From an uncultured Gammaproteobacteria bacterium (lineage in GTDB: Bacteria; Patescibacteriota; Patescibacteriia; UBA9570), in assembly GCA_964385285.1 (NCBI GenBank), contig CAYLOJ010000002.1, forward strand, positions 559 to 64,558: a stretch of 64,000 nucleotides of DNA, written 5' to 3'. The translations under genes and the position numbers were made by a program. Numbering within the stretch: the first letter of the stretch is position 1; every line of letters begins with the position of its first letter. The notes below the pieces were generated by a model. It saw nothing but the letters and a program-made list of their open reading frames with translations. It did not search any database and was not told where the DNA came from. Below are positions 37,263-46,621 of this stretch, piece by piece.

Positions 37263-38327
37263 ATGCGGAATATCGAGCTATCATTTTGGGTGAATCGCAA
37301 GGATGTAGCTTTTTTTACCAAGAATTTTTCCGTGATGCTGGGTGCTGGTTTGACGGTTGTGGAATCGCTGGCCGTTTCAGAAGAACAGACACACGGTAAG
37401 CTACGACGTATTATTCGCAACATGCGTTTATATGTGGAGCAGGGCAATCAATTAGCTGACGCGTTCGCAAAATATCGCCGGCAGTTCTCTCCAGTATTTG
37501 TGGACGTCATTCGTACTGGTGAGTTTTCTGGCAACTTAACGCGTAACGTGCAGCAGTTGGCCAATCGTTTGACGGATGATTTAGAGTTACGGCGCAAGAT
37601 TCGTGGCGCGATGATCTATCCGATGGTCATACTTGCTGGCATTATCGCCCTAGGCACAGTATTATCATTGTTTGTCATGCCCAGATTCATTCGTTTGTTT
37701 AGTTCCCTGGAGGTGGAGTTACCATATTTAACACAGATCACGCTGAAAGTTGCTGGTTGGATGCAAACGTATTGGTGGTGGTTCCTGTTTGCTTGTGTCA
37801 TCGCTGGCATCATCGGCAAGCTATTACTCCGTATTGCTACTCTTGAGCGATTCTGGCATGCCGTGTTGGTGCGACTTCCCATTATCGGTCCGATGATTCG
37901 ATCGATTAATTTAGCTCGGTTCACTGGCACATTAGGTTCACTGTTGAGTAGTGGAGTGCCGATTAGCGAAGCTTTACATTCGGTGGTTCATTCTTGTACC
38001 AATTTATCGTATCAGTATAGTATCCGACGTGCGCTACAGGCTGTAGAAGATGGTGGTAGTTTATCCTCGGTGATTGCGCGAGAGGCATTATTATATCCGC
38101 CGTTAGTAATTCGCATGGTAGCGGTGGGTGAGCGCACGGGGCAACTAGCTGAGTTGCTGAGTTATTTGGGACATTATTATGAAGGAGAAGTAGACAGTAC
38201 GACTAAGCAGTTGGGTGTGTTAATTGAGCCTGTCTTACTATTTGTGATCGGCGCAGTGGTGCTGATTATTGGCTTGGCAGTGATTACCCCGATTTATCAA
38301 TTCACTGCCTCTGTTGGGGCTTTATAA
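37263..38327 (+). CDS. pilC: Type IV pilus platform protein (PilC/GspF)
   Basis: GEFSGNL, AMIYP, SSGVP, GERTGQL, LIEP. Confidence 0.92.
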   Translation: MRNIELSFWVNRKDVAFFTKNFSVMLGAGLTVVESLAVSEEQTHGKLRRIIRNMRLYVEQGNQLADAFAKYRRQFSPVFVDVIRTGEFSGNLTRNVQQLANRLTDDLELRRKIRGAMIYPMVILAGIIALGTVLSLFVMPRFIRLFSSLEVELPYLTQITLKVAGWMQTYWWWFLFACVIAGIIGKLLLRIATLERFWHAVLVRLPIIGPMIRSINLARFTGTLGSLLSSGVPISEALHSVVHSCTNLSYQYSIRRALQAVEDGGSLSSVIAREALLYPPLVIRMVAVGERTGQLAELLSYLGHYYEGEVDSTTKQLGVLIEPVLLFVIGAVVLIIGLAVITPIYQFTASVGAL

Positions 38328-38329
38328 TT

Positions 38330-38776
38330 ATGGGCGTGGCCCGGGGTTTTTCTTACATTCAACTCCTACTCGTCATCACCATGTTGGCGGTATTGGCTGC
38401 AGTGGCTTCGCCGTATTATTTATCGTGGCAAACTCGTCAGCAAGTGCGTAGTACTAGTGCGATGTTATGGTCAGATCTTCACTATGCGCAAAGTCGAGCC
38501 ATGCAACTTGAACAATCGGACGCATGGGGCGTGCATATAAATCAGAGCCAACATGAATATGTGATTTTTCATGGTTCTACTTATGACAGTAGCGATCTCT
38601 ATAACGAAACAATTACCTATTCAGACGGCGTGACGATTACACCAGATACAGACATTGCATTTGCAGGTTTAACAGGCGCAGTTGCTAGTGACCTTACCTT
38701 AACCATTACGGCTAATGCCTTACCGAGTGAAAGCCGAACCATTACGATCAATGAAGAAGGTCTCATTTCACAATAA
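38330..38776 (+). CDS. Minor pilin (FimT/GspH-like), Gln at +5
   Basis: RG/FSYIQLLLVITMLAVLA prepilin motif. Confidence 0.8.
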   Translation: MGVARGFSYIQLLLVITMLAVLAAVASPYYLSWQTRQQVRSTSAMLWSDLHYAQSRAMQLEQSDAWGVHINQSQHEYVIFHGSTYDSSDLYNETITYSDGVTITPDTDIAFAGLTGAVASDLTLTITANALPSESRTITINEEGLISQ

Positions 38777-41700
38777 TTCATCCGGGATATTAATCGTTGA
38801 GGCGGTCATTAGTATTGCTTTATTTGTGATATTTGCAGCCGGAGCGATCTACCTTTTAACTGCTTCTATTTTAACTAGTCGCACCGCACAACGTCATGCC
38901 ACAGCAGCAGCTTATGCGACCGAAGCAATTGAAGCAGTACAAACCATTGACCGGTTAGCTTGGAATGCATTAGCGGATAGTCCAGATAGTACATACGGCT
39001 TGGCTCTATCTGGTGATGATTGGACGCTCACTGCTGAGCCAGATCATCCTGATCTTGCTGGAGACTACACGCGCACCATTCAAATCAGTGATGTCTATCG
39101 TGATAGCAGTAATCTGATCACGGATACGGAGACGGGAAATACATTCGATCCTCATACACGCAAGGTCAATGTTACGATCGATTGGTCAAATGATACTGGT
39201 ACAGCACAGAGTCTAACCACTGCTACCTATTTAACCGATTGGGATGACTCGGCGTTGCAAGAGGATCTGGTGACCGATTGGACAGCGGGAACAGTTGATC
39301 ATTTGCGGGTCAGTAATCTAGATGATGGCGAACTGCAAATAGTACAACCCACTTTAGAGATCGGCACCGTCACCGCCACCAATAGTTGGCAGACCATTAC
39401 GTTATCCAATGAGTATGACGAGGCGGTTGTCGTAGCAAGTGTGTTAGATGGTAATAACCCAAATTCACCGGTGAGTGTACGGGTGCGCAACGTTACGGCC
39501 ACCACCTTTGATCTGCGCTTACAATTTCCAACTGATAACTTTGCACCTAGCACCACGAATAGTGAGCAGGTCAATTATATGGTCATTGAAGCTGGTGTCT
39601 GGACACTGGGAGATGGTAGTACAAAAATTGAAGCGGGGATTGTTCCGTCTGTTTCGCGCGTGAATTGTTCTACCTGTGGTAGCTGGAATCAGGGCACAGA
39701 TGTCTATTTTCAGAGTGGCTTTAGCACGGGTCCTGTAGTGTTACATCAAGTGATGACTGAGAATGATGCTTCGTGGATTACCACGTTTGCGTCGGATGAT
39801 ACCAATGCAGCACTGCCACCTGGCACAGATGGATTTCAAGTGGCATTAAATGGTGCTGAGGTGACTGCTGCGCATAGTGCCGAAGATATCGGCTATATCG
39901 CTTTTCAAAGTGAAACGACAGATCGTTTTGAAGGAGTTAAATTTGAAACCGATCTGACTGGCAATACGGTACGTGGTGCAACGGATGTGCATCGGGTTGA
40001 AAATTTTGATCAAACTTATACTGCCGCACCCATTGTGTTGACTAGCATGTTAACCGCACGTACTACGGAAGGTAACTGGGCTATGTTAGATAGTGTCACA
40101 GCCACGCGTGTCACGCTTTATGCAGATGAAGATCAAACCCTAGATGCAGAACGCACGCATGCTGTTGATTACGCTGGCTATGTGACCTTTGCGACAACCG
40201 GTACGTATTATTTAAACGCGGCCATTACTGCGTATGATGAACCACCCATGGAAGTGGGAGTGATCCGCGGCAGTGCGTCGGGACATATGGAGGTGGGCAC
40301 GACCACGGCGTCGAGTAGTTGGTCAACCATTACATTAACGAATACATACACTAAGCCAGTGGTGATTGTGAGTTTATTGGATGGCAATAATCCGAATAGT
40401 CCAGTTTCCACGCGCGTCAAGAATGCCAGTGGCAATAGTTTTGAGGTGCGTTTAGATTTTCCTAACGATCGCTTTGCGCCGGTCACTACGAATAGTGAGA
40501 CGGTCTATTACATGGTTGTGGAGGCTGGTGTTTGGTTAATGGGTGATGGTAAAACAAAGGTGGAAGCCAATATTGCTGAAGATGTTTCTCGGGTGAACTG
40601 TTTTACCTGTGGTTCATGGAATAATGGTACGCAGATTGTACACACCAGTGGTTACAGTGCCAATCCCGTATTTTTGCATCAAGTGATGAGTGAGAATAGT
40701 TCAGCTTGGATCAGCTCCTTTGCTTCCAATAGTACGGATTATCGTAGCCCACCAGGCACGAATGGTTTTCGCATTGCACTGAACGGTGCTAGTGTCACCT
40801 CCACCCATGCCGCAGAAGACATCGGTTATGTGGTAATGGAGACAGAAAAAGTGGACACTGCTAATAGTATTCAGTATGAGACAGATACCACAGGGATTAG
40901 TGTACGTGGCTTCGACGATGCGCGTTACAGTGAAAGTTTTGATCAAGCCTATACTACAGCTCCATTAGTATTGGTTTCACAGTTAGGCATGCGTGGCACC
41001 GAGGGAAGTTGGGCGATGATAGATAGTATTACTACTACCACCCTCACTATGTATGAAGATGAGGATCAAGCAACCGATCGTGAACGGTCGCACCAAGCGG
41101 AATATTACGCGTATTCGGCATTTGCATCCGCGGGTAGCTTCACTCTAACGGATCAGACGTTTTTGCAAAATCCAGTGAGTATTTCTTTGAATAATACCTA
41201 CACGAATCCCGTGGTCATCACGACTCCATTTTTTACGAATGATCAAAATTCGCCAGCGTCAGTACGGGTGTATGATGTGACTAGTAATAGTTTTACAGCA
41301 AAACTAGATTTTCCAACTGATCGTTTTACACCTACCAATACCAGCTATTCTAACGATGTGTATTATATGGTGATTGAAGCGGGGACCTGGCAAATTGGTG
41401 ATCTGAAGATTGAAGCTCATGTGGACAATATTTCTACTGTGAATTCATTAACGAATGGATGGACCGGCACAACCACAACTTTTGATCATGCCTTTACGGC
41501 TGCACCCATTGTATTGCAACAAGTGATGAGTAATAGTGATACGGCCTGGATTACCACCTGGCTCGCGCGCACGGCTGATCGCACTAATCCTCCTTCCTAC
41601 ACCTCAATGCAGATCGGTTTGAATGCAGCTGAGGTGGCCACAAGTAATGCGCATGGTCCGGAAGATGTGGGTTGGGTCGCCTTTTCGAACATTGGGTCTG

Positions 41701-42338
41701 GCACTGTAGATGCATATGATTTTAGAACTTTCTTTCAGTTAGATTTGCCGTTTGGGCATCAAAATGGTTGCTATACATTTACACCTGGTGATACCTATGC
41801 TGATCCGATTCCACTCATTTCACAAATGAGCATGGATGGAGCGGAGGGTTCGTGGCCTTCGATCTGTTCATTATCTACTACGACGGTTGGTGTGCACGTG
41901 GAAGAAGATGATTATTTAGATAGCGAGCGCTCGCATACAGATGAGGCCATTGGCGCTATTGTCTTTGATGGTGCATTTGCCTATGCAGGCAGCACTAACC
42001 CAGATAACCATACCAGTGGTACCTATGAATCTCCGGTATTAGGTGATAGCGCACTCTGGCGCAACTTCAATATTGTGCAATGGGTAGAAGATATCGATTG
42101 TGCCAATTGTGCAATCGAAATCCAGGTGCGGACAGGCGATTCTGTTGGGGCAGTCGGCAGCGCTACCTACATTGGTCCGGATGGTACTGCTGATACCTAT
42201 TATGATAGCTCTGCTGGGGCACTACTTAGCTTAGAACATCTGAGCCAGCCCTATATTCAGTATCAGGTCACCATGCGTGGTTCTACGGTGCGTTCGCCAA
42301 TATTTTACGATGCTACCATTTGGGGCTATGCACAATAA
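38751..42338 (+). CDS. Giant minor pilin/adhesin with three ~280-aa beta-rich repeats
   Basis: Start MKKVSF; SG/ILIVEAVISIALF prepilin motif; YTRTI..DPHTRKVNVTIDW; repeats sharing SP.S.RV..F..RL.FP, YMV.EAG.W and H..E.IG. Confidence 0.8.
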   Translation: MKKVSFHNNSSGILIVEAVISIALFVIFAAGAIYLLTASILTSRTAQRHATAAAYATEAIEAVQTIDRLAWNALADSPDSTYGLALSGDDWTLTAEPDHPDLAGDYTRTIQISDVYRDSSNLITDTETGNTFDPHTRKVNVTIDWSNDTGTAQSLTTATYLTDWDDSALQEDLVTDWTAGTVDHLRVSNLDDGELQIVQPTLEIGTVTATNSWQTITLSNEYDEAVVVASVLDGNNPNSPVSVRVRNVTATTFDLRLQFPTDNFAPSTTNSEQVNYMVIEAGVWTLGDGSTKIEAGIVPSVSRVNCSTCGSWNQGTDVYFQSGFSTGPVVLHQVMTENDASWITTFASDDTNAALPPGTDGFQVALNGAEVTAAHSAEDIGYIAFQSETTDRFEGVKFETDLTGNTVRGATDVHRVENFDQTYTAAPIVLTSMLTARTTEGNWAMLDSVTATRVTLYADEDQTLDAERTHAVDYAGYVTFATTGTYYLNAAITAYDEPPMEVGVIRGSASGHMEVGTTTASSSWSTITLTNTYTKPVVIVSLLDGNNPNSPVSTRVKNASGNSFEVRLDFPNDRFAPVTTNSETVYYMVVEAGVWLMGDGKTKVEANIAEDVSRVNCFTCGSWNNGTQIVHTSGYSANPVFLHQVMSENSSAWISSFASNSTDYRSPPGTNGFRIALNGASVTSTHAAEDIGYVVMETEKVDTANSIQYETDTTGISVRGFDDARYSESFDQAYTTAPLVLVSQLGMRGTEGSWAMIDSITTTTLTMYEDEDQATDRERSHQAEYYAYSAFASAGSFTLTDQTFLQNPVSISLNNTYTNPVVITTPFFTNDQNSPASVRVYDVTSNSFTAKLDFPTDRFTPTNTSYSNDVYYMVIEAGTWQIGDLKIEAHVDNISTVNSLTNGWTGTTTTFDHAFTAAPIVLQQVMSNSDTAWITTWLARTADRTNPPSYTSMQIGLNAAEVATSNAHGPEDVGWVAFSNIGSGTVDAYDFRTFFQLDLPFGHQNGCYTFTPGDTYADPIPLISQMSMDGAEGSWPSICSLSTTTVGVHVEEDDYLDSERSHTDEAIGAIVFDGAFAYAGSTNPDNHTSGTYESPVLGDSALWRNFNIVQWVEDIDCANCAIEIQVRTGDSVGAVGSATYIGPDGTADTYYDSSAGALLSLEHLSQPYIQYQVTMRGSTVRSPIFYDATIWGYAQ

Positions 42339-42840
42339 CTGGATGATTAAATTACGTCATGGTTTTTCACTCTTTGAGGTGATTGTGTATATTGCGATCA
42401 TTAGCGTGGTGATGACCGCAGTCTTAAGTATCGTTGCACGCAGTGTGTTAAATCGTGTGAAAGCGGAGGCGCTGTTTAGTGTCACTAGTAGTACTCGCTT
42501 TGCGATGGAACGCATGGTGCAAGATATCCGGGCCGCTGCGGATATTGATGAGACAGATTTAGCCAGTAACGTACTGACGGTCGAATCAGCTCAAGGGGTG
42601 ATTCGGCAGTACGCGGTGATTAATGATCAATTAACTGTCTCTACCAACGGCGCTACTCCCATTGCCCTCACCCCAGACAACCTGATGGTGACCGAGTTTA
42701 GCCTGGCTGATCGCACTACAGTGGGGACTGCTACAACCGCGGTGGAAGTGACCTTAACACTGGAAACGGTCAGTACTAATCCTAGCCCTGAATACCATGC
42801 CGATTTTAGTTTAGAAACTACTGCTACGAGTCGTTTATGA
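42328..42840 (+). CDS. Minor pilin (PilW-like)
   Basis: HG/FSLFEVIVYIAI; start at 42328 or 42343. Confidence 0.82.
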   Translation: MHNNWMIKLRHGFSLFEVIVYIAIISVVMTAVLSIVARSVLNRVKAEALFSVTSSTRFAMERMVQDIRAAADIDETDLASNVLTVESAQGVIRQYAVINDQLTVSTNGATPIALTPDNLMVTEFSLADRTTVGTATTAVEVTLTLETVSTNPSPEYHADFSLETTATSRL

Positions 42841-43235
42841 AAATCACGCGAATTTTACCACCAGGCTATGCCGCCTTAATCACTGTAGTGATGGTCATGT
42901 TAACCGTTACAGCCATTGGCTTCACTCTCACGGTGCTTAGTGCTGATAATCTATTAAGTACTCTGCGGTATGATGCCGGCATCCAAACACAAGCTGTGGC
43001 AGACAGTTGCGCATATGAGGCCGCTTTACAGATGCGTGATCTCGGGTTGGCCTATGTGGGTACACATACACTGACTATTGGTGAAGATCAATGCACGATG
43101 ATCGTGACTAATACGAGTGGAACAATCTTGGAGGTAGCGATTGATGCACAGCATGACCAATATCATCGTTTAGTAGAACAGACCATGGACGTCAGTGATG
43201 ATCGTATCTTGCTCTGGCAGGAAGTAGGCGATTAA
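42837..43235 (+). CDS. Minor pilin (PilX-like)
   Basis: PG/YAALITVV lacking E5; ADSCAYEA motif; ends in WQE. Confidence 0.72.
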   Translation: MKITRILPPGYAALITVVMVMLTVTAIGFTLTVLSADNLLSTLRYDAGIQTQAVADSCAYEAALQMRDLGLAYVGTHTLTIGEDQCTMIVTNTSGTILEVAIDAQHDQYHRLVEQTMDVSDDRILLWQEVGD

Positions 43236-43250
43236 GCTACAATTATTTTC

Positions 43251-44279
43251 ATGCGCATCTTAGGACTCAATTTATCTGATGCTTCCGCCGAACTTGTCGA
43301 ATTGAGTGGTGGTTTATTGCAACGTCCAGGTTGGACCACACATCTTCGAGTTGAGCTATCGGAAGGGATCGTAACGAACGGCATTATTCATGATGTCAGT
43401 CTATTGGCGAGCAAGTTAAAAGGGCAGTTTCGCCCGGGCAATTTAGCGATGTCCATTCCTGAATCTCAAGTGTATTCCCGTTGGTTGCGTTTTCCTGCCA
43501 AGACAAAACTCAGTGAAATTCGCGCGACGATCGCTCAACATGCGGCTGAATATTTTCCGTTTGAGGCTCATGAGATTGTGTTTGATTGCGTTTCCGCTGG
43601 CCAACACGGAGAATCGCAAGATGTCTTTACAGCAGCTGTACCACATTTGGTTTTGAATAGCTACCGTGAATTTGCTAAGGCTTTGGATTGTACATTAGTT
43701 AGGTTAGAACTAGAGTCACTTAGTTCTGCCCGCGCGACTCTACCTAGTTTGCCTAAGGTCGGCGCTACGCTATTATTAGATATTGGAGCACGGACTACAA
43801 TCGCCAGTTGGTTTACTGATCAGGGTTTGCGTTTCACGTTCAATGTGCCGTTGGCAGGGCAATATTTTACCGAACGGATTCAGCAAGGCTTAAAATTGAC
43901 TGCACTAGAAGCCGAGCGTCTGAAGCAAACACAGGGACTCAGCGGAAAAGTGGAATCAGTGTTAGTTGCGGCTTTAGAACCATTGGTGAAGTCGCTGAAT
44001 GAGGGGATTAGTTATGTGCAATCAGAGTGGCAGATTGATACCAAAGCAATCGTATTGATTGGCGGGTCTTCCCAGTTGCCAAAATTAGCGGATTATCTAG
44101 CCACTCAATTTCAGGTTACTACCAACTTACCACCAGCGTTGCCCTGGCAAACCACATATGGTATGGTATCTGCGTCAGATCAGGAGGGGAATTATATGCT
44201 TAATGCCGTAGGGTTAGCCCTAGGTGAGCTAAAGGCCTATCGTGACTGGCCAACCGTTAACTTTTTAAATACAAAATAA
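43251..44279 (+). CDS. pilM: Type IV pilus alignment protein PilM (actin-like)
   Basis: LLDIGARTT, LIGGSSQLP, AVGLAL, VNFL. Confidence 0.85.
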   Translation: MRILGLNLSDASAELVELSGGLLQRPGWTTHLRVELSEGIVTNGIIHDVSLLASKLKGQFRPGNLAMSIPESQVYSRWLRFPAKTKLSEIRATIAQHAAEYFPFEAHEIVFDCVSAGQHGESQDVFTAAVPHLVLNSYREFAKALDCTLVRLELESLSSARATLPSLPKVGATLLLDIGARTTIASWFTDQGLRFTFNVPLAGQYFTERIQQGLKLTALEAERLKQTQGLSGKVESVLVAALEPLVKSLNEGISYVQSEWQIDTKAIVLIGGSSQLPKLADYLATQFQVTTNLPPALPWQTTYGMVSASDQEGNYMLNAVGLALGELKAYRDWPTVNFLNTK

Positions 44280-44282
44280 GTT

Positions 44283-44765
44283 ATGAAAGTTCTCCGTAAG
44301 TTCCGTCGTGGTTTTACACTCGTTGAATTGCTCATCGTGATTGCAGTGATCTCTATTTTGGCAGCGGTTGCCTTTGTGGCTATTGATCCAGCTACGCGTA
44401 TTAATCAAGCTCAAGATTCAGAGCGTTGGAGTGCAGTGAATGCGTTAATGGATGCATTTTTAGATTCCACAGTTGATAATGATGGCAACTATCCAGCCGG
44501 TGTCTCGGCCAATGGTACAGTACATATGATTTCTAGCAGCGGTACTTGCACAGACGCAATTTCTGGTTGCCCAACAGCCGTCAGTACCTGCACAGATTTT
44601 GATTCCTTAGTCACCGATGGTTATATTGCAAGTTTGCCGGCAGACCCTGATGGTGTCACCACATATGGTGGCGGCTATGGATATACGCTATCGGTTGCTT
44701 CGAATGGCATCGTTTCCGTTGCCTCCTGTGGTGCGGAAGAAGACACGATTGAAGTGTCCCGCTAA
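44283..44765 (+). CDS. Probable major type IV pilin
   Basis: RG/FTLVELLIVIAVISILA; IDP..R; YIASLPADP; four Cys. Confidence 0.9.
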   Translation: MKVLRKFRRGFTLVELLIVIAVISILAAVAFVAIDPATRINQAQDSERWSAVNALMDAFLDSTVDNDGNYPAGVSANGTVHMISSSGTCTDAISGCPTAVSTCTDFDSLVTDGYIASLPADPDGVTTYGGGYGYTLSVASNGIVSVASCGAEEDTIEVSR

Positions 44766-44788
44766 ATAGTCCAATCATCATCATAAAG

Positions 44789-44818
44789 AAATAGAGACGT
44801 AGTATTACGTCTCTATTT
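44789..44818. repeat. REP-like palindrome / bidirectional terminator
   Basis: AAATAGAGACGTA-GTAT-TACGTCTCTATTT between the pilin and tRNA-Leu. Confidence 0.8.
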
Positions 44819-44836
44819 TTGCTTGCTGTTCGAATG

Positions 44837-44920
44837 TGCCGCGAGAGAGAATCGAACTCTCATGAGTGTGAACCCGTACGATTTTGAGTCGTATGCGTCT
44901 ACCAATTCCGCCATCGCGGC
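44837..44920 (-). tRNA. tRNA-Leu (CAA)
   Basis: Minus strand GCCGCGATGGCGGAATTGGTAGACGC..TACGA-CTCAAAA-TCGTA, long variable arm, GTTCGATTC. Confidence 0.95.
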
Positions 44921-45006
44921 TTACTGCTGTGACGCGCTTGATCATATACAGTTTTGAATTCAGTGTCAACTTCAAGAAAGCATGGTGATCGTGTATACTA
45001 TTGAGC

Positions 45007-45768
45007 ATGGCTAGAATCATTGCATTTGCTAATCAAAAGGGTGGAGTGGGTAAAACAACGACGGCTGTTAATGTGGCTAGTTTTTTGGCCTTATCTGGTA
45101 AAAAAGTCCTCCTAATTGATGCTGATCCACAGGCCAATGCCACGAGCAATTTAGGAATCAATGCTAAGCAGCTACAGCGTGGCGTCTATGATGTTCTGAT
45201 TGGACAACATTCGCTACGGGATGTGTTATTTCAGACCGCCGTGGATAATTTGCATATCGCCCCAGCCACATCAGCATTAGCTGGTGCTACCGTCGAATTA
45301 GTGCCGCTCGAGCGACGAGAGTTTCGTCTACACGAGGCTGTGCAGAGCGTCGCGTATTACTATGATTATATCATTATCGATTGCCCACCTTCACTCGATG
45401 TATTGACGTTAAATGCCTTGGTGGCGGCGACAGAGGTGATTGTTCCGGTGCAGTGTGAATACTTTGCCTTAGAGGGCTTAGGACAATTGCTGCATACGAT
45501 TACGTTAGTGCAGCAACACCTACAACCAACGTTGAAAGTCACTGGTGCGGTGATTACGATGTTTGATAAACGTAACTCACTCTCGAAAGAGGTAATGGGT
45601 GAATTAGAGAAATTTTTTCCAGATCGCTTGTTTAAAGCGGTGATTCCACGCAATGTGACCTTGGCCGAGGCTCCATCCTTTGGTCAGCCGATTGCCATTT
45701 ATGATAAGAAATCGAAGGGTGGAAAAGCCTATGCTGATCTTACAGAAGAAATTATGCTATACTCTTAA
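45007..45768 (+). CDS. parA: Chromosome partitioning ATPase ParA/Soj
   Basis: NQKGGVGKTTT, DADPQAN, IDCPPS, PVQCEYFALEG, LAEAPSFG. Confidence 0.96.
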   Translation: MARIIAFANQKGGVGKTTTAVNVASFLALSGKKVLLIDADPQANATSNLGINAKQLQRGVYDVLIGQHSLRDVLFQTAVDNLHIAPATSALAGATVELVPLERREFRLHEAVQSVAYYYDYIIIDCPPSLDVLTLNALVAATEVIVPVQCEYFALEGLGQLLHTITLVQQHLQPTLKVTGAVITMFDKRNSLSKEVMGELEKFFPDRLFKAVIPRNVTLAEAPSFGQPIAIYDKKSKGGKAYADLTEEIMLYS

Positions 45769-45773
45769 GTGAT

Positions 45774-46619
45774 ATGGCTTTAGGTCGTGGTTTAAGTTCA
45801 CTCATCCCATCAAAACAGTCTCCAGGCCCGGAGTCTGATTTAACGTCCGTGTCCCAGGCTACCATTCTAGATGTGCCGGTAGATCAGATTGTTCCGAATC
45901 CGCACCAACCACGCTTACAGTTCGCCCATCATCAGTTAGAAGAGTTGATTGCATCCATTAAAGAGCATGGTGTACTGCAGCCATTATTAGTGACCAAAGC
46001 GGAACATGGCTACGAACTGATTGCTGGAGAGCGCCGATTACGGGCTTCAAAATTAGCTGGACGCGCCACTGTGCCGGTCATTGTGCGTGATGCCAAAGAA
46101 TTGCAAAAAGTAGAAATTGCACTTATTGAAAATATTCAGCGTGCGGATTTAAATCCGATGGAAAAAGCGGAAGGCTATCGAAAATTATTGCAGGAATTCG
46201 GCTTAACCCATGATGAAGCTGCCCGCAAGTTGGGTTTATCACGCTCAACGTTTTCGAACACATTGCGACTATTGGATCTACCTGGTGATATGCAGAAGGC
46301 GTTGGGGGACGGGAAAATTACTGAGGGCCACGCTAAGTTGTTGCTAGGCCTAGAAACTGAACGAGAACAACGCAAATATTTTGAATTAATTCAGACTGAT
46401 CATCTCTCTGTACAACGTCTCTCGAAAGCGGTGGCGGGAAAAACGAAGCAGCCACGCGCCACGGGGTCTGGCAACGTTCAACTCAACGCCTATCAAGAAG
46501 AGTTAGCACTAACCTTAGGCACGAAAGTAACCATTACACCCAGACAAATTTTGATCGATTATTACTCGCCAGAGGAGTTGGCGACTTTAATCCGCAAGCT
46601 GACGCGCAGTCGTCCGTAA
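45774..46619 (+). CDS. parB: ParB/Spo0J
   Basis: LGRGL, PNPHQPR, IAGERRLRA, ENIQRADL, HTH. Confidence 0.95.
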   Translation: MALGRGLSSLIPSKQSPGPESDLTSVSQATILDVPVDQIVPNPHQPRLQFAHHQLEELIASIKEHGVLQPLLVTKAEHGYELIAGERRLRASKLAGRATVPVIVRDAKELQKVEIALIENIQRADLNPMEKAEGYRKLLQEFGLTHDEAARKLGLSRSTFSNTLRLLDLPGDMQKALGDGKITEGHAKLLLGLETEREQRKYFELIQTDHLSVQRLSKAVAGKTKQPRATGSGNVQLNAYQEELALTLGTKVTITPRQILIDYYSPEELATLIRKLTRSRP

Positions 46620-46621
46620 CG

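Noticed and set aside
39354-41990. Pilin repeats as a DGR or recombination-driven variation cassette
   Set aside because: Similarity is at protein level with many synonymous differences; no adenine-specific pattern.
44805-45020. 71-aa minus-strand ORF
   Set aside because: Overlaps tRNA-Leu and a palindrome.
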